NCBI GenBank assembly: GCA_013239625.1 | Contig: MU053379.1 | Span: 2,152,866 to 2,216,865, forward strand | Source of the DNA: Lama guanicoe | Taxonomy: Eukaryota | Length of the DNA: 64,000 nucleotides | Direction of reading: 5' to 3' | Part shown: in pieces, positions 37,701 through 49,700 of the stretch | Position numbering within the stretch: the stretch's first letter is position 1 | How the letters are laid out: each line of letters starts with the position of its first letter | The notes under the pieces: generated by a model | Databases searched by the model: none | The model's input: only the letters and a program-made list of their open reading frames with translations | What the model was told of the DNA's origin: nothing | Made by a program: the position numbers and the translations under genes

Positions 37701-40700
37701 TCAGCATTTCAATAGCACCTGAACCAGTGAATTCCATTTCTTGTTGTGGAACATTCCAGTATGTTCTAGCAATTTCAAGGCAGGTAACCAAATCCTCAAA
37801 GGAAACTAATTTCGGTTGTGTTTATTTTGACACTAGAGTGCACTCTAGGAGGAAAGGAGTCTTGTCAAATACAAACACACCAGGCCAAGTATCCCCATGA
37901 TGCATGGTTTAGATTCCACTCCCTTTCCTGCAGCGTCATTCCACAGCAAGTCACACTCAGCCAAGAAGTGGTGGTTGGAAGGTTTTTGGTAGCAGGTAAT
38001 AGAAACCCAGCCACAATGGCTTAAAGAAATAGTGGTTTATTGTTCTTACCTAACAAGTACCCCAGATGTGGGTGGTACAATACCTCTGCATTTCTCCTGG
38101 CCTTTCCCTAACGGTCCCAAGATGGCTGCTGTGGTTCCAGCCATCAACGTTGGATTGAAGGCAAGAAGGAAAAAAAGGATCTATGTGGTTTCACTTAACA
38201 CCTTTCCACTTTATATCTCTTCGGTCACACCTGTGTCTGCCTTGACCAATAAGTGGCCAGGGGAAACAGAATTACAACTTTAAGCCAATTATTCAGCGTA
38301 GAGACGGGCCCACCCTCCTTGAGATTGAGGGTCCCCATTTACTGCCTCAACATAGTGGGGTTCTGTTAGCAGGATGAGGCAGTTGGGTGCTTTTCTGTTA
38401 GACAGTTATCCCGAAAGACATCTAAACTAGAAAGCGTCAGAGGTCCACCTGCAGGGTGTGTGTGCAGCCTGCGCAGCAAGGCAGCGAGGCCACGAGCCCA
38501 CAGCATTGCGAGAAGGCATTTAGGCTGTGTTCTTGGAGTGTCCGGAGGCCTGACGAGAGAATGAAAGGCCCCAGTTTGATGCCTTTGTTGTTTCTTCAAG
38601 CGAGTCGTGACTCTGGGAGAGAAAGGAGAGCCTGGGGACACGACCTGGACACCATCCACCTGCGTGGTGTCGGGGACCGGCTTGCGCTGTTCTGGACCCT
38701 GGTTAGGAACTCGGAGCCGTGCCCTCCGGATGAGAACAGGGAGCGGCAGGGAGGAGCCCTCCGCCCGGGGAAGAACACTCTTTGGCAGGAGACTCGGGGC
38801 AGCTGTAGGTGGTTCACGGTGGGCGTCTGCGGGAAGGAAAGAACAAAGCCAGATCCCACACGAGGCCAGGCCCTCGGAGGACAGCGGGTGCGCTGTGGCC
38901 GGGAGAGGCAGTGGGGACCACCCATGTGACTTCTGAGGTCCGCATGTGGAGTCACTTCAGGTCCGAAGCACCTGCTGGACGCCTCGTTCCATTCCAGAAC
39001 TAGACAGAACACAAAACCCAGTGCGGCCCTGGCCTTGGGGCTGTCTGGGGCCAGAGGGGAGCAGACAAGGAGTCATGGCGTCGTTGGCAGGTATTCGCAG
39101 CACTGGGGACGGGGGTTGGGGGCATCGAGGAGGGACACCAAAGAGCATCCGGCCAAGACTCAATGCTCCAACCCTGAATCAGGCAAAAGCAGAGGGGATG
39201 GCAGGTTAACAGCAGAGGGGCCGCAGGGAGCCTGCTCTTGGTGCACAGGAGGCCTCAGGGAGGCCCCGAGTCTGGGCGCCAACAAAGCTAACCTGAATCA
39301 TCAGCAGGAGAGGGAGCCCCCATCTGACAGGCACCCCTGAAATGTGCCGGCAGAGAACCTTACTCACATGTTGCAGTGGAAGGGTTTGCTTTGAGTGAAA
39401 AATCAGAAAGATCTCAAGGAACTAGAGGGTGTACATGTGCCTGTTGTAGGTGTGGGCTCAACTCAGCCCACCTGGAGTGTTCTGCTGACATTGGCTCGGT
39501 TCCCCTCCCCAAGTCTGCTAACACGCATCTGAGCAATTGTGTGGCTTCCCTTCAGATCCTGGGTGTCTCTTCCTTCAGAATGAATGCTGGGAATAAAAGC
39601 TCACTTTTCCCAGTTAGGTTGATGCCACATCATTGATTGCAGTGAGATAAGAACCATGTTCAGGCCATCAGAGGTGTTTTGCAAGACGTTTAGGGAAGTC
39701 TCACAGTGTGCAGATGAGCTGAGGGCTGCTCTGTGCCAGGGAGGGAGGGGCTGTCTGCTCGCGGGGAGTCTGTCGGGGAGGCCGCTCTAAGGAGAAACCA
39801 GATTACTGAGACAGGAATCCGGTGTCAGGAGTGGGGTCAGTTGACTGCTAGACAGTCATCAGATATAAATAAGTAAAGAAACAGGATAATCACAAGCAGG
39901 GTCACGTGATAGAAAGTGAAGGAGGAGTAGGCAGGGAAGACTCCTTGGAGGAGGTGACACTGAAGCTGATATTTGCAGGATAAAAGTGACTAACCAAGGA
40001 GTGAAGGGAAAAGCATTCCTGGCAGAGGGGACAGTAAGTGTGAAGGCTCTGGGGAGAAGGCAGAGGCTTGGTGTGTGCAAATGAAAGGAGCCACTGGAAC
40101 GCAGACAGACGAGACGCGAGAGGATCTGGAGAAGGAGGAAAAAGAACCAAGTCTTGCCAGGAGGTGGGGGGCACCTTTTATTTTTTTCCTCAAGTATGTT
40201 GGGAAGCAATTGAAGCATTTCAAGCAGAAGAATGACATGATCCAGAAGCAGCCAGAAACCGGTTCAGAGGCTGAAGTTAAGGTGGATGAGGGAGGTAGCA
40301 GTAGAGAGGGCAGACACCAACAACTCAGGAAATCCTGGACACTGGGTCCTGGTGGACGTGGCGGGGGGAGCAAAGCTGGGCTCCCCAGTGACTTCCAGAC
40401 GTGGGGCTGGACTGCCCAGGGCGTGGTAGAGTCACTGAGTTGGGAAACCCTGGAGAAACGAAGCAAGTGAGCAGGGACTAAGAATTCTCTTATGACGCAC
40501 ATTTAGATGCCGCGTGGAGGGGCGGTGTTGACAGGTGGATGGATACATGACCTAGAGCCGGAGAGGGGTGTGGGGTGGACGTATCGGCTGGTTTCACAGC
40601 AATAGGACAAGGTGACATCACCTGGGGAGAACGTGCAGGGGACAAGAGAAGGGGGTCTCGTATTTAGCAGTGGGACTGAAGAAATAGAGGACACAAAGGG

Positions 40701-43700
40701 GAGAAAGCAGACGTTAGGGGACAGGAGGAGAACCAGGAGGGTGGCCCCTCGGAGTCAGGAGAGGAGAGTGTTTTCTCAGGGAGGACGGGGGGTCAGCTTC
40801 AGATGCTGCGGAGACATTGAACAGGATGACAGAGAACCGTCCCTGGGGCTGTGCACATGGAGGTCGCTGGTGCCCTGGACAAGCGTTTCAGGGGATCCAT
40901 GGGTGTGGAAGTTAACTGAGAGATTTGCCAAGTGAACGGAGGTACTGACTGGAGTGCTCACACCCCTTTGAGAAGGTTCGCTGAGAGACGTGGAGAAATG
41001 TGGCAGAAGCTGGAGGGGGCTGGACCCCCGACTTCCTTCCGTGGCATCGCCAGCACCTTCTCTAACAGATGCATGTTTGCATAATCATTCCCACCCACCG
41101 CACAGATGCACTCACCGTGACTCACGCACCCAAATGCTCAACTGATGACCATCTTGCTTCTTTCCAACACCTCATTTTTATAAAACTCTGCGACCAAAAA
41201 AAAAAAAATACCCTGTGTGTGCATCCTTTTCACGTTTGACCACATATTTCCCTAGGATTGACTTCTAGACACAGAACTCAAAAAGCAAAAAGAAAAGAAA
41301 GCCGTAACCTAGAATTTCTTCATAGTCCGTCCTCCAGGAACCTGTGTTCTTGAAGCCAAAGTGACTCCCTCAGTGAGCCAGTTAAGTTCTGCAGCTGAAG
41401 AGACACCTAGACGTCAAGTTCTCTTGCGTTTTAGCTGGAAGTTACTAAAATGGGGAAATAGGGGAAGTAGTCAAAGTATCAGAAGTTCAAGGTACATTCT
41501 GGAAGGTTTTGGGGTTTTTTTCTTTCTTTCTCTTGCCCATTTCCCCACTCGTTCATTTTTATCCTTCTTGTCCCCTGGCCCAGGGGCCTCCCCCTCCCTC
41601 CCCCTCCAGAATGATCGAGCTGTGGGCAGATTTTTAAATACAGACTTACATTCAACAGTATTGTAGAAGGCTCACTGTGTTCCACAAACTCTTTGGGGTG
41701 AGTGAGTAACAGAGAAGAGGGAGCATTTTCCTTTTAAAAGCGGAGGAGGGAGAGAGCGGTCCCTGAAAGCCGGGTGCAGCGTAGGAAACGTCCGCAGAGC
41801 AGGACGCGCCTGCGACCCGTGGGCTCGCCCGCCTCCGCGTCGCCGGGCTCGGCTCCCGCGCGGCGTGTTCGAGGCCGGCCTGGACGCTGCGCGTCTGCCG
41901 GGGGCGGCTTCCGTCAACTGACCGTCTTGGCTGGTCCGCAGGTGGGAGTCCCTGGTCCTCGTGCTCATGTACCTCGTCTACATCGTCATTATGAAGTAAG
42001 TAAAAGGCCTTGGTGGTTCCTTTCCCCACACTCTGTCCTCGCTCCACACCGTGTGGCGGTGCAGAGGGAGGGATGGGGAGAGGGCGGGGGCCCGGCTGGT
42101 CTGGGAGGCGCGGCCGTCTCAGGCTCCCTGGCCCCCTCGGCACCCTTCTAAGAACCACTGCAGCTTCCACTGGCAGTAGAAGCGCAGACCCTGCCACCCA
42201 CGTGTGTGACAGAACCAGAGCTTCAGGGTTTCGTCTGAGAAATCTCTCAAACCCTCGCCCCTCTTCAGGACTGGGCAACCTAGCTTTTGTCTGTGCCTTC
42301 ACTCTCTTTCATAACAAGAAAGGAGGTACAACTCAATGTGCTGTGCTTCTGTATAGGTGGAGGGAAGGTGGGACCAGAGCTGAATGAGAGAGAACTAAAA
42401 CCATGGATTGAATATATGTGGACATCCAGTATTCATATTGTATCAGTCACCTACTGCCACCTAACAAATGACCCCCAAATTTAGTGACTTAAAACTGCAG
42501 ACATGTGTTATCTCATATGGTTTCTGAGAGTTAGGCACGCAAGAGCAGCTTAACTAGAAGGTTCCAGCCCAGAGTCTCTCCTGAGATTGCAGGTGAGAGG
42601 TTGGCCAGGGCGGCCGTCATCCGTTTGGGGCTCCAAGATGGCCCATTCACACCTCGGGCAAGCTGGTGCTGGCCGTCGGCTGGAGGCCCCAGTTCCTTAC
42701 TGTGTGGGGCTCTCCTTAGGGCTGCTCCAGTGCCCCCCACATGGGGAGCTGGCTTCCAGCAGAACAGGTGGTTCGACAGGGAGCAAGGAGGACCCTGCCG
42801 CACCTCTTGTGACCTGGTCTTGCAAGTCACACACTGTCTCTTCCACCATATTCGATTTAATAGAAGCGCATCCCTAAGTCCAGTCCACAGATAAGGGGTC
42901 TACTTCACCTTTCAAAGAGAGACATGGCAAAGGTTTGTGGGTGGATTTTAAACCACCTTATTGTGGGTCCTTCTCCCTTTGGAGTCTGGGCAGCTTCCTG
43001 TTTATGTCAGGAACGCTGTTGCTCACGCTTCCTGCTCTCCGAGGTAGAACGTGAGCACCCTGGGGTGCACCTTCTGGTTCCTCTTTGTGCCAAATACCAT
43101 CAGGATGAGGAGCTGATAAATAGCGCAGAGATACTCTGTGCTGCAGCTGCCTGCCCCCCGGGAGCGGGCTCTTTTGCTCTAAATTAGCCCATACTCTCCC
43201 CTAGCGTGTGTGACTGCAGGCGTGACTGCCCTCCCTGGCGGGCAGGAAAGTAGAACCAGTTTGTGCAGAGCGAGTAGCCCTCTGCAACGGACATGTCACG
43301 TTTTCCTTGCTGTTGAGGCCTGACAAAAACTAATTCCGGCCACTAGTGGCCGAGAGCCCTGTTGAGAGAAATCAGCGTGGCCCTTGGCAGATGTCACAGG
43401 GACGGTGAAGGGAGGAACTGGCCTGGCCAATGTCCAGGGCGGGCTGTGGGCCACCTGCCGCCCTTCCACTCAACATGGCGCCCAGTTTCCATGTGTCCCG
43501 GGGTCAGTGTGGACCCAGTGTCTGGGTCTTGGTCCTGGAAGGGGGCATTTCTAGAACAGAACCTTTCCCAAACATGTCCTGGTGAGGTAACTGACAGCGA
43601 CCACGAATCACCTTCCATCAGCTCCCATGAAAACCGGAGTTGGCCCAAAGGCTCTCCACCCTCTCTAGACTCCAAGGAAAAGCCTGTAAAGGTGGGAGCA

Positions 43701-46700
43701 GCCGTCTTGCTCCTTTTTCCCTCAAAGAGCAAAACTACCAGGAACTCAGGCCACCGTCAGGAAGCTGCAGCGATACACGTATGTCTTCTTCTTTCAGCAT
43801 TTTTTATTTATTTCATCTTGTTTTAAAAAAAACATTTTGGTGCCTTGAGACCCCAGAGAGTCATGAGCTCGCATCTTCCTTTGTGAAAAGGTGGTTCATC
43901 AACTACCCCAGAAGGACTGACCGAGTGTCTGCTACAAGCCCAACACGGAGCTTGGGTTTTAAATCTGAATTCAGAGGGTGAGGGTGTAGCTCAGTGGTAG
44001 AGCACATGTTTAGCATGCGTGAGGTCCTGGGTTCAACCCCTAGTACCTCCATTTAAAAAAAAAATCTGAATTTAGATGAAAGAATGTCTCATAGTGAATT
44101 CACTAGGGGTTTTGCAGAATACGGAGGTTTCAACTTTTGTTTCACCTAAAAAGAAGGAAGACTCTGGGATTTTTGCTAGTTTGTATCCTGTGACCACCAC
44201 GCCCCCCTACCAGGCCATCGTGAAGTCTGAGAGTTGCTGGCGGGGCACGTGGGCATTAAGAGAACACGGTGAACAATTCTCTGCCCCCAAACCGTGCCCA
44301 GCGTGGAAGCTGGTGAGGTGTGCTGCTGCCCCAGCTCAACCAACCTTGCAGCTGTTAAAACCAGCAGGGTGCAAATAAAACGAGGGAAGGCAGCTACCGC
44401 GTTCGCGGGATTTTTTCTGCATAAATTCGGATTCTAAGTTCTAAATGGAAATCTCTGCTCTTTAGCCATCCCCCTCCGTAATCAGAGGCTTTAATCATTG
44501 GGTTTTATAAAATCTGATTTATAAAATTGCATGCTTCACCATAAAATAGTTTCGGGGGACAAGCACAAAATTGAAAACGCTCAATTAAAAGTACACAACA
44601 GAGCAGCAGCCATTGAAAACAGCATATATTAGAACCGTCAGCTGCCTCCTGGGTAGGTGGCTTTTTTAAAATGACTTTAAACATTGTCTGAAGGTCAAAA
44701 AGCAACTTCAGTTTGGCCTGACAGGTGGAAGCCTTGAGGGAGCGTGAGGATACCCGGCCTCGGCAAGGATTGATTTCCATCCCTCTGCGTCACTTCCCTG
44801 GGGTTTGGGCTCCAGGGGAGGCAGTGTGGGCTGGCGGTGGAGATCAGGTGTTTCACGTTCAGCCCTGGCCACAGGTGCCCTGGCCACATACTGGCCGGGG
44901 GTCCCCGGCGGGTCCTTAGCCAGGTGACTCAGCCATTTCAAATCTCAGTTTCCTCTCCTAAAAGCGGAATGAATGATGCTTCCCACCTGAAAGGGTGTCT
45001 GTAAGGATGGGACGTGGTGGAGGTGTTAAGTAATTAACCAGCGCCTGGTGCCGAGCAAGCGCGCATGCTCACGATACGTAGTATTACCATCCCGTTATCC
45101 ACGTCCAAATAAACGTACAACACACAGTTGTTAACTTCAAAAGCAAGCTCTCAGGCAAGTCAGTATTTCTTTGGGGAAAATGGATTCTGAGTCAAGATGA
45201 CAGAATCACCTCCCCGAGAGCCCCATCGGGAGGGCAAGGTGTTCGCGCTGAATCTAGAAGGTGGGGAGGCCTTTTCATTACGAACACTGGCCGTGGCAAC
45301 AGTCAGCAGGATAGCATGACGCACCCCGCGTGCTCAGCACGAGCCCCGATAGCCGCCAGCCCGGTTCCTTCATCCACTCGCCCAGCCCCCTAGCCATTGC
45401 CCTCCCTCCACGTGATCTGAAGGCCCAGACATCACGCCAGTTCAGTGCAAGTCTCTAAAAGGACTCATTTAAGCCTGCACACAAGATTATTACCATACCT
45501 AAAATTAACACTGATTCTTTAATATGATTAAGTTTCCCATCAGTGTTCAGATTTTCAATGGCTCATAAATACCATTTTTACAGTTTTCATCTCATAAATG
45601 TCATAAATATTTCAAAAACCAGAATCCAAATAAATTCCACTCGTTACAATTGGTTGCTCCATTTTGGTTCTCTTCAAATTTATAACACCCCCACCCAGCC
45701 CCATTGTGTTTTTCCTTGCAATTTAGTTTTTGATGAAATCCGACTGGTTGCTCCGCAGAATTCCCCACGGTTTGGAGGTTGTCAGTTACATCCGGGGGGT
45801 AACGTGGCCGGTTCCTCTGGCCTCTGGCAGACACTGACCCGCTTCAGATTACACTGTGTCCTAAGTGATGGTGTGGCCCCCCGGCAGCGGGCACGTGGAT
45901 GCCCCATCTCTCTGTCTCTCCCGTGTTTGGCTCCACTGTGTCACCAGGTTGCAGAATAGAGATGTTCTAATTCCAGTCCCTGCCTCCTGTGAACCCGAGA
46001 CTGTAAACCCCAGGACTGGCCTGCACGCTTCCCTTTTTCTCAGCTGCCTCCATCCCTTTAGACTAGCTTCCTCTTCTCCCTCAGGCCTGTAGGAAGAACC
46101 ATGGGCTCCCAGGATGTACAGGGAGGTCCCAGCCACAGAGGACCCTCCACCTGTACCACGATGGTGGTCCAGCCCCCACAGGTCCACCCACCCAGAGCTG
46201 CGCTCGGTGAAGAACAGGCCGCAGGATGCAGTGGGGAGGGACTCCACGGGGCTTCACGTCCATAGCAGGACAAGGGATGAGGAGGAGGAGGGGAAAACAC
46301 GTTGAGGGGCCTGCCAGCTGGATTTAGAGCCCCCATGCCTGGCTGCCGGTCTCTGGGAGGCCAGAGACCAAGCTGGTGGGCCATGTCGATGGCTTGTCCC
46401 ATGGCCAGGAAGCCATCAGGGCCTTCCAGTCTCGGGGTAGGGGAAGCAGCCGTGGCCTGCAGTGCCCTGGGAACTGCCCAGTGGCTCTTTGCCCGTGAGT
46501 CTTCTAGGATTCCTCTCCTAGAATCTTCTCACACCAACGATAAAGGACCAGGACACTCACCTGCCAGAAGCATCCTCGGAACTTGTCCAAGGTTCTCCCT
46601 TGCAGCGCCCACGTGGGGAGCGCTGCACAGCGTTTGTGTTTTCACTCTGTCTGGAGCATCATAGCCCAGAATTTTCTCACGGAACCAAGAGCCCCTCAGA

Positions 46701-49700
46701 CCTGGAATTATGGGACAACAGTGACAGTCCCAGGACCCTAATCTGGGACCTCAGGAAACCAAAGTCAGGGGCGTCGCCGGCCAGCCTCCGGTGCACGTGG
46801 ATGGTGACGCGCAGCACTGGGCAGCAGCCAGGACACGACCCCTACCTCCCCGGTCAGCAGGCCCCTGGGGACGCGGCCCGGAGCGGGGGGACCCCGTCCA
46901 CCCCACTGAGTCGCATCCGAGCCCTTCCACGCGCAGACCCAGAGAAGGGAGCGCTGTCCCGGGCCCCGCAGCGGCGCTGCAGACGCTGCAGGACGCCCGG
47001 GTTCACCCCTGCGGCGCTGGCTTTCTGTTCACTCACTGCCGTCCTGAAGCCGGGAGGTGGGGCAGGTTGTATTTTCTAAGGGAAATGCGATGACAAAATA
47101 ATAATCACTGTCACTTGAGGCACGGGGTCCCCGCCACGCGTCCAGCTGGGAGAGCTGCGGGGAGCGGGGAGCCGGGAGCCGGGCTGGAGGATCGGCAGGC
47201 GCTGATGGGCTCTTTCCACCCGTGGCCATGCAGATACAACGCCTGCATGCATCAGTGCTTCGAGAGGAGGACGAAAGGTGCTGGAAACATGGTCAACGGC
47301 TTGGCCAGCAGCGCCGAGGTGGACGACAGCAGCAACTGTGACGCGACTGTGGTGCTACTGAAGAGAGGTGAGCCGGGCGCATCCCGGGGGACACCCGGGG
47401 CGTCCCGGACCCTGTCAGGGCCGCACAGGGGTGCTGCTGGTGCACAGCCGCCCCAGGGGAGGCCAGGGAGAGGGGCTTCTGTCCTCCCTCCCACTGGCCG
47501 CATGGCCCGGTGATGAGCAGCTCTGAAAGTCCCAGGAAGTTCTTGGGCCAAATGTGCGGGGGGTGATACAGGGAGACTGGGACTGGACGGTAAAGGGGAG
47601 AAGACTGCGGGTTGTAAGGTATTGATTATGTCTCATTCCGGCTGTGTGACCATGAAGCAAGTGACTTAACCTCTCTGAGCCTCAATGTTCTCTTCTTCAA
47701 AATGAGGATGATTTTTGTAACAAGTAAAGGAGATACAGTACGTAAAATACTCCATTCATGATCGTTGTTATTAGTGTATTATGACACCCAGATTCACTCT
47801 CAGGCCACGTGACCTCAGTCTCCAAACTGCAAAATGACACAGAAAAGTACCTGGGTTTTCTTTTAATGGGATTTTTATATCCCATCGATGCTTACTGAAC
47901 ATCTCTGATACACAAAGAGAAGTAACACAGCACTCTGTAATACATAATATTCTTTCTTAGAGAAGAATTATCATTTACTTTTGCCTAGAAGGTGTTTTTC
48001 ATTTAATTTTTTTAAACTTTCCCCTTGAAATATGTGGGTTTATCTCTCCTCGGTCCCATTTTGTTTGCCTTGCAGGAAAAACAAAAAAGAAGTTAGAAGA
48101 TCTATAGGTTATTTTCAAATATATATCTGAGTTCAAAATCTGGGTAATCGTGGGTAACTATTAGAGTTTGAAAATCAGTTATTTGATATACTTTTCTCAT
48201 TAATTATATGCATGTTTGACAGAAGACTTACAGGTATTCAGTGCCGTCCCACAGCAGGATCTCATTTAGTTTCTTCTCTTCAGGGTAGTTTATAACCATA
48301 AACGGGCCACTCTCAGGACTAGGGAGAGCCACCTGCTGTTAGTCAGTGTTTCCAGAGATCATTTCGTGGTCTAGTGGCTTGGACAACAGGAGTGAGGCTG
48401 CGGCCAGGTACCTGTGAGCCGTGCACTCGTATTAAAACATCCACAGAGAGGGGCTTGGGCTGTGGTGGCACTTTTTTTTTCAGGCCTGCCAGCAAATCAT
48501 TACAGAAGATTTACCCTAAGCCCCTCCTGGACTTGAGCCTCTGTGAGGTGGCCAGGTCACCCGGCCCCTAAGCCCGCGGTCAGCCCTGCACATGGGCGTG
48601 GCCGCGACAGCATGGACATTTTCCCACCATGTCCTCCACTAGGACTAACATCAGTCCTGTGGCTTTTAACAGCTCACTGTGTACACTGTTGACATGTAAG
48701 GGTATAAACGGTTACTAAAGACCACTGGGATGTTTCCTGTGCCCCAGATCTGAGTGACGAGAAAAGAATCCTTTAAGGACAAAGGATTCTATTATGTTAT
48801 GACTCATTGTGACCATGTCAGCAAACTACACAGATTGTTTCGAGTCATTTCAAAAGAGGTATTGATGAGCCCCGTGGAAAGAAGATTTTTACTCTTCTCC
48901 AAATTTTGATCACTACAACCTTCCATGGATGGATAGATGGATGGACGGATGGATGATGGATGGATTGGTGGATAGGAGGTTGGATAGATATATAGATGAT
49001 GGATGGATGTTTGGTTGGATAGATGGATGGAAAGAAAGAAGGGAGGGAGGGAGAGAGTGAAGACAGGAGAAAAGCAGGAAGGCGTGAGAAAAGAGAAAGG
49101 GAGGGAAGAGGAATGAGTGTCTCTTCCCTGCTCCTAACCGCAGAGTTACTTTTATTTTATGGTTTTAATTTTCCCAGCCAATTTCCACCGCAAAGCGTCA
49201 GTGATCATGGTGGACGAGCTGCTGTCAGCCTACCCACACCAGCTGTCTTTCTCTGAGGCCGGTCTTCGAATCATGATCACCAGCCACTTCCCCCCCAAGA
49301 CCCGACTCTCCATGGCCAGCCGCATGTTGATCAATGAGGTATCTGGGCAAGCACATTGCCGCTGGGCGGGGGTGGGCACCGGGAAGGGGAGAAAGTTTCT
49401 AGGTCTGAAAGGAGGAGAGCGTCCCTCCACGTTTCACACGTCAGTATCCCGAAGCCGTTTCCTGACGTCTTTGCTCCCTGGCCCACCCGTGCCTCCTGGC
49501 CCTTGCTCTCCCCTCCACGTGTTTGCAGTCCAGCTCCCAGGCAGATAGGAAAACTTGTGTGTCCCTTCCACCGATCTCTTCCTTTCATCTTTCTTTGGAT
49601 AAAGTCCTCTGATGTGAACTTGCACAGAAGTAGTTGCTAAATCAAGGTTACGCTGGTTTACAGTAATTCGGAGTCTGCGACCTGAATTTTCCTGGATATT

